Notes under the pieces: model-generated
Seen by the model: the letters and a program-made list of their open reading frames with translations, nothing else
Database searches by the model: none
Told to the model about the DNA's origin: nothing
Part shown: positions 22,975-34,937 of the stretch, piece by piece
Position numbering within the stretch: the first letter of the stretch is position 1
Layout of the letters: each line of letters starts with the position of its first letter
Position numbers and translations under genes: made by a program
NCBI GenBank assembly: GCA_964187785.1
Contig: OZ076413.1
Location: 45,572,001 to 45,636,000, forward strand
Source of the DNA: Amphiscolops sp. MND2022
Lineage: Eukaryota
Direction: 5' to 3'
Length of the DNA stretch: 64,000 nucleotides

Positions 22975-25117
22975 TATTGTAATCTGCGTGAATAGCTGAT
23001 ATTAAAAAGATATTTGAAATAACAATGTTTTTTCTAACTCGAAACGTATCATGGTGATAGTGAGCTATTTCTATGTAACTACACACTTGTTAGTCAACAG
23101 GAACTAAAAGTTACAACGGATTGTTTATCAACACTCTTAATAATGTCTGTTGCTCTTCATTTCCCCCTCTGCAATCGGATAAGAAGTATCCAATGGGGTT
23201 CCATTGTCGTCCAGATTGCTGTTGTGGTAGGTATGCCGTCCGCATTTTATTATTGGTGCATCCGGGTTTCCGTGATCAGCATGGCGAGATTCCTTGGAGT
23301 GGTTCGTCTTGAGTGTGAGCGGTTTATTGGTTTTGTTCGTTGTCCCGCTCTCTTTCTATCTCTTTTCCGACCGCTGGTTGCAGGTGTATTGGTATCGGAG
23401 AGCCTTTTTGTCGTATTAGTTTTGCGTCCGGTTTTAATTGTATGTCTACCTCCATTCCTTTTGTCGTTTTATTTTCATGGAATAGTTTTTTGAACTTTCT
23501 TCTCAACTCCATTACGTCTGGATCTTCTTGAACGTTTTTGATCTTCAGGTTAGTTTTCTCGGTTTCTAATTTGATTCCCAAATAATTCATTCAGTCCAGC
23601 CCTAGCAATGGGTTTGTTCTTTTTGTCGTTACTAGCAGTTCTAGATTTTTTGTTTCACCACTGGTTTCGACTTTTGCTGTTGGTTATCCTTGAACTTTTA
23701 TTTTGTTGTTGTTGACGTCTCTGTAGTCCGTGTGTAGTGGCCGTATAGGTGTGATTTTGGTAAACATTTCTTTTGGTATCAAAGTGACCGGCGATCCGCT
23801 GTCGATTATGACTTTGATTGGACGGTTGTTGACCAGTGCCGTTGTAGAAAAGAATGGTTGTTCGTCTCTGATGATTTGTTTCGATGAGTGGACCGTTCTT
23901 GTTATGAGGTGTATTTTGTTTGGTGACCGTTCATCTTCTTCTGCACTGGTTGCTTTTGATTCCAGTTAGATGTGTTTTGTCTTCCGGTCCGATTTTTGGT
24001 TGGCTCGGCACAGTTTTGCGTAGTGGCCGACTTTTCCGCAGTTTAGGTATTTTTTTGTTTTTGCCGGGCAGTCGTGTTGTTTGCTCCAGTTCGGTGCGCC
24101 GCATCTGATACAATCAACTTTTCTGAATTTCTTTGGTTTTTATTTCCGGGTTTTTGGTAGTTTCTTTTTCTATCCACATGTTTTATTTTCGTTTCTTCTT
24201 CTGAGTCTCGTGACTAATTCATCTTTTCGTACACATAATCGTGGATTGTGTCGGTTATCGGTTCTACTGACATGTCTCCTTTTTTGATGTTCTTCTTCAG
24301 CTCGTTGTTCCCACTTGTTTCTCCGATTACTGAAAGAAATTTTGAAGCTAGCAATTCTGCTGTCGTTATTCCTTCAAATTCACTCTTTTTCTCGGTCTCT
24401 AGGATTCGTTTCCAGGTATCTGCTGCCGATTCTCCCGGTTCTCTTTTTAGGGTGAACAAAACTGCCCTGCTATGGTGTTTATTCTGTTCCGGAATAAAAT
24501 GTAATCCAAATAATGCGTAAAGACAAGGACGGTGTAATGGTACGGATTTTGGTTACCTTTCTCTCACCGTGTTCGTCATCTCCGTGAGTGCTGATTGCCC
24601 AATTGCCCAAATGAAGACGTCTTTCATTTCCTCTTCCAATTGTCTCTGTGTTGTGGGAGCACTTCTTTTGAGTTTGTCGTCATCGATAGATCTATTTTGC
24701 GGGTCATTTTGATGTACTGGGTGAACTTTCTCCACCAGAGTTTTGCACTGGTGTGGTCGTTCTTTTCTAAGATCGGATTGGGCAATTTTTGTGTTGTTGT
24801 CTGTTCAACCGATCTCGCAGTTGTTTTGTTTGGGAGTGAGCGGTTGCCCGTTTCTTTCATGGAGTTGTTTTGATCATCTTCCATTGTCACAAGCTTTCTC
24901 TGGAAGTTCAAATTGTTGACTGCGCCATATTGTAATCTGCTGATCTTGAATAGCTGATATGAAAACGATATTTAAAATAACAATGTTTTCTCTAACTCGA
25001 AACCTATCATAATGATAGTGAGCTATTTCTATGTAACTAAATACTTGTTAGTCAACAGGAACTAAAAGTGATAACGGATTGTTTATCAACAGTTTTAATG
25101 ATGTCTGTTGCTCTTCA
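22975..25117 (-). mobile_element. Non-autonomous Ty3/Gypsy deletion derivative (gag + protease remnants only)
   Basis: Diverged LTRs at 22975-23159 and 24928-25117; TSD TGAAC; PBS TGGCGCAGTCAAC; PPT AGGGGGAAA; gag fragments, IDSGSP, and QKGSPIPIHLQ cut just before RT. Confidence 0.9.
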
Positions 25118-26758
25118 TGAACAATGTCCTTATTCTGAGGTGTAGGCTCTCTGCTTATGCGTAGTTATATAAAACCCGTGACAGGACTCACGACGAGAAT
25201 GTGGCCTCCATTGAGTCCCAAAAAGATCAGATCAGCAAGTCAAAACGTGTTTTTTTAATAAAAAATATAAAGCTGCAGCCCGTATATCCAAAGATATATA
25301 TTTTTTCCGTATATAACATGAAATTATGGCTATATAGGATGCAAAAGGAGCGGAATTATTAAAAAAAATACAAATAAGCATAGAAATCTTCAAATTTGTT
25401 TGCTACATAATTGTCCGACAACATTTTGCTATGACACCGAAGAGTCCTCAACTTTTTTCTAATTCACTAGAGATTGAGGGTGTGTGCCACTTGTATGTTC
25501 CCACGATTGTTATACGTCGTTTGAGTTTAGTGCGGCTTTAAGCTGAAGATAACACATTTTATTCTTTTCTTTGTCTAGACAAACTCAGCGGAGGGTGGCA
25601 GGTTGTAAAACAGAACGGCAATAGTTCAGAATTAATTTAATTAAAGCAAAACTGGATCAAATTTTTGCTCGTGATAGGCCGCTCCGTTCGACAGTGAGCT
25701 TTGAAAAAAACTATTGGTCAGTAACATTGCAACCGATCAGAGCAGGAACCGGATTTATACGTGTTTTAAATGAAGGAATGAACAAAACATGGGCATAGAT
25801 GTAGGTTCAAATTCAAATATGTGAAGGAATATGGGTAAAACTACTTTTTATTTTTCTTGAAATGCAGTTCATAAAATATGGTTGCGTATGTTATACGGTG
25901 TCAAATACCGAACCGATTTATTCCGATGATCTGTCAATCAAAAACTCAGATACTCAAATACTAGCCACTTCAGATGATATTTGTTTTCATGTTAGAATCT
26001 ATGTTTGCAAACACATTCATTTTATTCACTATCAGTTAGAAATAGAACAGCACAGTTCTTCAAAAGTCATTTTTAGTCTCCGAGATTGTAAGATTGACAA
26101 AACGAAAAATTATAGTTCGGTTTTATCTGAAATTTGAACACATAGTTTCGCATATAACGTATAAAATCCGGAGATAAAAAGTTCGCTGACAACGTAATTG
26201 TGAATTGATAAATCTGGGTTTTCACTGACGATGGGTGAAAGAGTACGTTTATTCGGGGTTGTTTGTTTTGTTGTATTGTTAACGTTTTCCGGCAAAATTT
26301 TCCTGGTACAAAGAGAACAAAAATCTATGATACTTAAATGGGGGAAAAAACTAATGAATGAGAGAGAATGACATTTCGAGTTCATTAAACGTTGTCAGAA
26401 GGCTACATGCGAAGTAATTACTCGTTAGTCAAAAATCCATGCTCCGAAAAATGAAATGAGAGCATTTTTTTTACTTTTCACTGCAAAGTCCTCAAAAACA
26501 AGTGGAATAAGGTCCTCCGTATTCGATTTAGATTTTCATGTATTAAGTTTTTGCTGGCAAAAATGACAAAGTCTTATTTGTATGAAAATTGAGTTGGATT
26601 CCATATCACAACTTTGTTTTTATTCGTTAGCTGATTTTTAGTCGGCGCTTCATGAAGTGAAACGCGACTATTATAGTGACTTTTTTATCCACACGAACTG
26701 ACCAAAATACTTCTTAAAAGTTCTACGAAACTTTATGGTCCCAAATTGAATCATTTGG

Positions 26759-28481
26759 TGTCGCAGGCTGCCGCCTGTGACGGAACTAGAATTTCAACAA
26801 CAGCTGTTGGCCAAGATGTGGCTCCTGGGACCCTACCCATTTATTAAAAGTAAACTGAAACTTTTCTTTAAACTTTTTCATTGTTTATGTATTTTGTTGC
26901 CTTGTTATTTTAAAAACTACCCGAAAGGGCCGTACTGGGACATATTCCCTATTCCCGAACCAAAAATGTGCTTGTTATTTATTTACAGACAACCTTAGGT
27001 TTGAATGTTAATTGTATATTAGTCCGTTAACATAGATTGTGTTGTGCTGTTGTTTTGTAAATGCAATGAAGTAGTAATCGGAGATAATGGCAATCAACTT
27101 AGAGAAAGTACGGAAACGTGTTCAAATGGTCCTCTGTACTTTCTTGCTAGCGTCACTTGCGCTCACTCTATTAGCCAATCAGATGCCTTCATTTTGTACG
27201 CTTTATTCGCTTTTGCCGATTATGGCCTTTGTACAATCTGGACGAGTGTGCTACTAATGCCGTTCAGGCAGACGGTCTAATCCGGCTATTTAGTCTACAA
27301 TGAACATAGCACTTGTATTTAATGCTAATTCCATGTAGTAATATTTATTTAGTAGTAGGCTTTGTTGATCATGAAGTACCAATTTGAAGTGCTATTTAAT
27401 GCTTTGTTGTGTTATTAACAAATAATTGCCAGATTTTGCTCTAGTATAACCCTGTTGCATGAAATTTGATGTTATTGCCTTAACAGGCCTTTTGCCATTG
27501 TACTCATGAAAGGTATTTTGACTAAACATATTTGTTGTGCTGCCATGTGCTAAAGTATGTGCACTTACATCAACAAATACCTGTTCAATGAAAATATTTT
27601 GCCAAATATGTAAACGATGCTAACGGTTGAATGATTGTTCCTTTGATGTATAATATTTGAAATGGATAGCGTTCATCCCGTGACCATCAGAAATGCAGTC
27701 ATATGATATTGTCTTAGTCAAAGAATGTAAAGAATGAGAGTGTCACTCTTTCGGGGGTATAAATACCCGTGCCTTTGAGAGAGGAGACACTTCTTAATTT
27801 GCTCTCTTCTGGAAAGACTATCATATTAGTACAAACGGTTTCACTGTTATTTTCGAGATATAATCTAATTCAATTTTAAACTCGAAGTTTTCCTTATGCC
27901 TACTACAAGAAAACAAAAGAAAGCTAGAAAGTCCAGAGGACTAGAGATCCTTTCTGATATCAAAAATCTAGATATAATGTTACGAGGCGATCGTTACAAT
28001 GGAACTGAAAGAGAAAGGAGTTTAGACAGTAACTCCGTTAGAAGGAGAGAAAGTATCATGAGTAATAACTTAGACAACAAGGACGAAAGCCTGTTTTCAA
28101 ATTGTAGAAATGATGAACCTAGGACAAGTGCCGATCTTGGTCAAAACTCAGCTGAAGCAAACTCACTAGCTGAGATAAACAGGTTGTCAAGCGAATTAAA
28201 CTCTAGAATATCCCGTGAGATGGATGAAATGATGAATAATGTTGGTACACAGATCCAGAGGGCCATCAATGAGGCTATTAACAGTCAAGTATTGCCTCAA
28301 ATACAGAACGTCATAATGGCCGGATCAGGTCGAGAGACCAGAAGGGGATGGGAAGTCCCAATTGAGAGATCGGAAGCAAATGCCGAGGAACAGCGGATTC
28401 AAAACACCAAGGCCGACTGTAGAAATGAACAACATGATGGATACCGATCAGGTGGACCATCTACCCGTCATGTTCATGACA
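26759..28481 (+). repeat. 5' LTR (1723 bp)
   Basis: About 99% identical to 40927-42649 (roughly 16 substitutions counted by eye); immediately followed by TGG. Confidence 0.95.
27754..27769 (+). promoter_or_regulatory. LTR TATA box inside a short inverted repeat
   Basis: GGGTATAAATACCC, about 140 bp upstream of the gag ATG; second copy near 41922. Confidence 0.6.
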
Positions 28482-29608
28482 TGGTGACAGGAGACAACGA
28501 ATCTCCACTTCAAGTTCCCGAGTTTCTCACGGGACGAGTCTCATCCAGAAACCATCTCGACAGGTCCTATGAGGATATTAACCTTGACACGACGATCCCA
28601 GCGCAAGAGAGAAATGCTCCGGCTGCTCAAACTGACCCTATTACTCGACTAGCAGATGTCTTGACAACGATGCAGAATAGGCCGACAGCCCAACAACTCA
28701 CTATACGCCCAGTCAATTCAAACACAATGACTTTTGATGGCAAGAGTGAAAAATTCGAGCTGTTTGAGGACCTGTTCCACACGATGATCAAGATGCAACC
28801 GGAAATGACGGAACAGATGAAAATAAATCACTTCCACTCACTGCTGAGGAAGAATGCTCTCCAAACCTTCCGGAACATCAGCTCGAGCAATAGACAGACT
28901 TTAGAGGACGTATTGGTAATATTCAGACGAAAATACGTCAAACCCGAATCACAGGCGACTGCCAAACATAAATGGCACCGTCTAGTCTTTGATCCCAACA
29001 CGATGAAACTGCCAGATTTCCTTGAAGAATTAAATCAAGGGGCAGAAAAAGCATTCGGGGATCATGCGCAGAAAATGATTGACAGTTTGCTCTACGCAAA
29101 ACTGCCACCAAAACTGAAGCGGTCTGTAAACATGGCCAGACTCGAAAACGGCTCTTATGACGAAATAGTTGCTCATTTAGAGAGAGAGTTAGAACTAAAT
29201 GCCCTTGAGGAATCAGACGACCTACCAATGGCCACAATGACCTCCTCGACAACAAAATCCAAGACTCCTCTAACTACTGGGCAAATACCTGATATCACTT
29301 GCAACTATTGCAAGGAGAAGGGCCATATGGTCAAAGACTGTGAAAAATTGAAGAAGAAAAAGGAAAAAGATGCCCAACAAGGCAAACAGACTCATAAAAA
29401 GACGTATCCGGAGTGTGGCACATGTGGTAAAAAGAACCACCCGGAGGAAAGATGTTGGCAAGGTGCTGGTGCGCATCTTAAACCCAAACGCACCAGACCA
29501 GATGACGCTAATGACGGTAAACCCAATTCAAAGGCGCAGAAACCGTCCGACAATACATCAGGTCGGATCCTCCAACGAAAAATTTTCATCAATATACACA
29601 ACAATTGA
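27896..29608 (+). CDS. gag: Gag polyprotein, starting inside the LTR
   Basis: 570 aa; TFDGKSEKFELF capsid-like region; knuckles CNYCKEKGHMVKDC and CGTCGKKNHPEERC. Confidence 0.93.
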   Translation: MPTTRKQKKARKSRGLEILSDIKNLDIMLRGDRYNGTERERSLDSNSVRRRESIMSNNLDNKDESLFSNCRNDEPRTSADLGQNSAEANSLAEINRLSSELNSRISREMDEMMNNVGTQIQRAINEAINSQVLPQIQNVIMAGSGRETRRGWEVPIERSEANAEEQRIQNTKADCRNEQHDGYRSGGPSTRHVHDMVTGDNESPLQVPEFLTGRVSSRNHLDRSYEDINLDTTIPAQERNAPAAQTDPITRLADVLTTMQNRPTAQQLTIRPVNSNTMTFDGKSEKFELFEDLFHTMIKMQPEMTEQMKINHFHSLLRKNALQTFRNISSSNRQTLEDVLVIFRRKYVKPESQATAKHKWHRLVFDPNTMKLPDFLEELNQGAEKAFGDHAQKMIDSLLYAKLPPKLKRSVNMARLENGSYDEIVAHLERELELNALEESDDLPMATMTSSTTKSKTPLTTGQIPDITCNYCKEKGHMVKDCEKLKKKKEKDAQQGKQTHKKTYPECGTCGKKNHPEERCWQGAGAHLKPKRTRPDDANDGKPNSKAQKPSDNTSGRILQRKIFINIHNN

Positions 29609-32600
29609 TGGGCTATCCCTCTGTTGTCTGGCAGCAACAGATGGACAAAGCAATAACCATCACATATAACAACACACATTTGTTCCAAAAACCAATTCCT
29701 GTTTGGGACCCTGATTATACTACTACCTTCACTACCCGATTCAGGCCAATTCCCCTGGTTGACAATTACAACCCTACCTACATAGATCCAGACTATGGCA
29801 GAGACCCCTATTGGGACACAGAAATCTACAACCAGGAACAACTACAATTCCAATATGTCTTAGACGACATCGAGCACTATAATAGAACGGTCCACGAGAA
29901 CCCTCCAATCACCCACAATAAAAAGACCAGAGCACTAGTTGAAAACTGGCAACTGAATGATGGCACCAACCATCCAGTGTTCCCAAACCCATTGGGGACC
30001 GAGACCCATGAAGACGTTGCTCAACCCATACCACAATCACTATTAGACGAGAAGCAATTCCAGAATGTCTTAATCACCAGAGACGGTGAACCAGACTGTG
30101 TACCATTGTCAACCAACATCAATCTCAAATGCAAAAAACGCATGTTGTACTTCCCCATGGACTTTGGGGAGTTGACCATAGACGGACTTTTCGACACTGG
30201 AGCGCTGTCCAGTGCAATTCCTGAGATGGACCTCCGGAAAATTCGACTCCTATCTCCACAATCTGTTATCCGGGAAGGTCCGCCTCCAAATTTCCAAATC
30301 ATGGTTGCTAATGGGCAATTGGAAACTCCTAAGAGTACCATAGAGCTCAAATTTGAAGTTGGTGACATTGAGTTTCATGAGATTTTTATAGTCATGGAAC
30401 ACCTGACAGGTCCGATTATCGGCCTAATGTTCCTTCAACGAAACCATACAGTTCTGGACATGAGACAAGGAATACTGAATTTCCCGTTCTTCTCAATGCA
30501 GCCCAAAACAGCTGACCATAAATACTCAAATGTATTAGAACCAATTCTCAATCCCATTGAGATAACAATTCCGCCAAATGATAGAGTCCTAATTAGGACC
30601 AATTCCCTACTGTACCCTGAGAATGCTGTCACTGGAATTTTGCAACCAAGCGACCTTCTACATGAAGAAGGCGACATCACATTTTGCCCAGCTTTGGTCA
30701 CTCTGAATGATGGCAACATATTGATACCAGTGAACAACTTCACAGACCACCCCTATAAACTCAAAAAGGGACTTCATATTGCCAATTTCTCTGTTATGAC
30801 GCCAGAACAAATGAAGTATGTCAAACCGGTAGACCCGGCATCAACCTGGCATCTTTTACAAAATGACCAAGAGCAGGCAGCCCACTATGTCAGCAGTTTC
30901 ATCAAAACTAATAGAAATCCACAAAACTCCGAAAAATACTGGTTCCCGACTCCAGAAAATCCTGGAAATCCTGAGGAACATACGCCCATACAAAAACGAA
31001 TCCTCCAAGAATTACAGGCCTTACAGGTCCTGGAGACACTTGACCCTACTAAAGATGACGAATCACGTGCAAAATTCCTAGAAAACTTTGACTGGAAGGA
31101 TTCCACCCTTACTCCTGAAGAGAAGGAGAAAATTGAGGAATTGTTAGTGGAATTCCATGACATCTTTGCACGACACCGATTTGATATAGGCATGAACGAG
31201 GAATTCAAGGTGAAACTGACGCCTAAGGACGACTCCCCAGCCTATAGTCAAAGCCTCCCAGCTCCTATCAATTTGAAGGAGGACATCCTAGTCGAATTAG
31301 CCATGTTACACAAATATGGCATAATAACTACACTGCCATTTTCAAAATACGCAAGTCCAATATTCGCACAAAAGAAACCGAATGGGAAACTCCGACTCTT
31401 GGTTGACTTGAGAAAAATCAACAACCTCATCTCGGATGATTACATCAACAATAATCACCCCGTCAGTACACTAGTTGATGCCGCCCAACATTTGGCAGGC
31501 AAAAAACTGCTCGTTCTGTAAATTAGACTGTTCGCAGGCATACCACTGCCTACCAATGGCTGACCAACGTTCAATCGAAATGTTGGCTTTCAATTTTGCC
31601 AGTCGCACATTCGCCTACAGACGTTTGGCACAAGGCCTTAGCCGGTCACTATCCGCATTCTCAAGTTTCATGAGGGAATACCTCGACAAAGTCATCAAAG
31701 CGGATCAGTGTGCCCAGTAGGTGGACGATATCGGCATTGCAGCCAATGATGTTGACCACCTCATGACGAACCTGAGAGCTACATTCAAATGCATTCAGGA
31801 AGCAGGCCTTAAGTTAACAATGCACAAATGTCATTTCGGTGCAAAAGAAATTGATTTCCTCGGACGGACTATTACCCCACAAGGCGTCAAACCCCAGAAA
31901 CAGAACGTGCAAAACTTTCTGGAAAAGACCAAATTCCCGAAGTCGAAAAAGGCTTTACAACGATATTTGGGATTCCTAAACTACTACAGGAATTATGTCC
32001 CAAGACTCTTCGAACGCCTTGCTCCATTCTACAAGATGCTCAAAAGCGACGAAAAGGTCCTAGTATCGAAAGAATTAGTCCAACAATTCGAAGAAATCAA
32101 TAGAGCACTAGACAAATGTTGCGACCTGACCCTACAACAACCCATCCCGAACAAACAAATAGCACTAATGACGGACGCAAGTTTCGGTGCAGCTGGATAC
32201 GCAGTACTAATAGAAGACGATCCGAACCAGAAATTTACTTCTCTTCGAAAATCCTATGCACCGGTGGCATATGGTTCAAAAACCTTCACCCCAGCTCAAA
32301 TCAAGATGTCAATATATGCCAAGGAGTTTTTGGCAATTTACTTTGCATTCAAAGAATTTGGGCATATATTCTGGGGTGCGCCGAAACCGGTCATCATCCT
32401 TACAGACAACAAAGTTGTCACGAGATTTTTCCAAACAAAAATAATACCCCCAGCCCTGTGGAATGCGTGTGATTATGTGATTCATTTTAATTTTGTCATA
32501 GCGCATATCCCGGGGCCACAAAATACAGCCGCAGATTATCTGTCCCGATTGGAGGCAGACCCGAAGGACAAATTGGTCATGAAAATTCGGGAAGATGTGC

Positions 32601-34708
32601 AAACCTTACCAATAGAAATCAATGTCCAATCCTCAGGAGTATCCCAAGAGGAACAAATATTCTACACAAACGATGACGATGAGACAGAGGAACAGTACTG
32701 GGCAAGAAAAGAAGCAATCAGGACAAATCCAGTGATCGAAGAGCCCACTGTCACAATACAAACTCTGTCTACAAATCTGGTAAAACAACAACCAGATATT
32801 CAAGTCCGTCTAAGGAAAACGAACCAGATCATTATCGAGCAGTCCAAAGATGCAGTATTGCAGCAGCTGAAGGCAAAGCTCCTTCATGAAGATTACTCAG
32901 AGAACATACTGCACCAGGACGTCCGATACAGACATTATGCAAACAATATGGAACGAATTGCCCTAAAAGACGAAATCCTGACAAGGCAATATTTTGATGA
33001 GACAGGGAATGTGAAATACCATCAGATTTTACTCCCGCAACACTTACTCCGGGAATTGCTTCAATCCCTTCACGGGACAGCGCAAAAACACCCCGGAGTT
33101 TCAAAAATGCTGCAGGAAATCAGACAGAGATATTACTACCCTAGCATAGCTAAACACGTCAAAAAGTGCGTAGAAGGGTGTGAACAATGTGCCAGAGACA
33201 AGAGAGTCCCTAATGCAACGATCACACCTGAACTGCTCAATTTGCCCGAATGGGACCTTGGACCTGAAGACGCCATGCAGATTGACTTACTGCCGAATCT
33301 TCCCCCAAGTGGAGGATACGAAAACGTCCTAACGGCAATCGATGTATTTTCTAGATATTTGTTTGCTTACCCTCTTACGGACGCATCAGCGATCAATGTA
33401 GCAAAAGCGCTCATTGATATCATGAAAAAACATGCGTACTTGCCAACAACGCTTATCACTGATAAAGGTACCGCATTTACTTCCACAATTATCGCGGAGG
33501 TTACGCAAATTTTGGGAATTACACTCAAATGTGCGACGACGAAACACCCGCAAACAATTGGGAAATTGGAGCGGACCCATGCCTCATTAAAGACAAATCT
33601 CAAAATGGCATGTGGGGAATACCGCCGACAATGGCATAAATACTTGCCATTAGCAGTACTGAATCATAATACAAGTTACCATGCCAGCATCGGCTGTGAA
33701 CCAACGAGAGTATTCCATGGCCGAATTCCCTACAATATCCTGGATCATAAGCTTGGAAATAATCCAAACGAAAAGATCAGCCCTACAACCGAATTTGCTG
33801 AAGAAATTCAGAACAGGACGAAAACCCTAATAGACAAAACGAAACAAAATATTATGCAGTCATATATCAAATACAAGGAATATTATGACCGCAAAGCGAA
33901 AGCTGCTCCATTGAAGGAGAATGAATTCTGTTCTGTCTTACAGCCGAAAGCGGATCATCAAGGATCGAAAATCCCACTCCGCGATTATCGTTGGGTTGGT
34001 CCATTCATAGTGCAAAAAGTCTTACCAAATGAGAATTACATTGTACGACGGCTTAATACAAACAAAACTCAAATATTGCATCGAATTCGCCTTAAAAAAT
34101 TTGTCCCCAATCAACCGCTTGAGGACAATTTCCGAGAGCAACGCTTGCAGCCAGACGAAGAAATTGTTATTCCGCAGGATGACTTATACAACATAACGTG
34201 GGAAACCGACTTTGGCGAGCAGCTAACTACACGAGACAACAAAGCTATTCCGACTAGCTTACCGAATGGCGAACAGCCGAGTACGGCACAAATTAACAAT
34301 GACGCAAACGAGAGTGACGCGGATTATATAATCACGCGAGAAACGAATAAAGACATAACGGCACACAGCCGGAATGACCGCTTAAGTGACAACGTCACAA
34401 CGAGAAATGAAGATAATGATGCAAATAGAAATAAAGCATCTGATTGGCCGAATCCGGCCGCTAGCCCAAACACTCAAGAAAAATCTTTACCGAGTACAGC
34501 AAATACACCGGAAAATCATGAAATTTTGTCAGAAAGAAATTCGCTGAATGAAAACGATGCACAAAATTCTCCAAATAGGGGGGATGATATTATCGTGCCC
34601 GAAATATCTGAAAACGATGCTAGAAATGAAAGCCTGAACCCTAGAGGAGGAAAATATAACCTCAGGCCTAACCCCAACCCGAACTACTCAGAAGACTATA
34701 GATACTAG
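29608..34708 (+). pseudogene. pol: Pol: protease, dUTPase-like insert, RT, RNase H, integrase; frameshift near 31510 and nonsense at 31718
   Basis: FDTGA; SPIFAQKKPNGKLRLLVDLRKIN; LDCSQAY; Q*VDD; TDAS, LTDNK, ADYLSR; H..HPG..C..C; QIDL, TDKG, LERTH; WVGPF. Confidence 0.95.
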
Positions 34709-34937
34709 AGAAAATTAAATTCGATTCAGGAAACTAGCCCTGAATTGTTTCGCCTTTTTTCTCTTTTTATCTTTTATCTTTTAGTCCCAAGGTGAATCTT
34801 TTGAATAAATAATTGGGACAGCCAACAAAACCCCTTCAGAAGAATAAATACGGGGCAAAGAAAAAACAGAAATGAAAATTCAACAAAAGAAATAAACAAA
34901 GTTTACAGTTTGAGAGTACATATATGCATATGTACAT

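Noticed and set aside
3347..31720. Stop-codon reassignment (in-frame TAA/TAG at Tyr/Glu positions: 3347, 4197, 8847, 16811, 31718)
   Set aside because: TAA and TAG also end intact ORFs, the implied residues differ, and frameshifts co-occur. Ordinary decay explains it.
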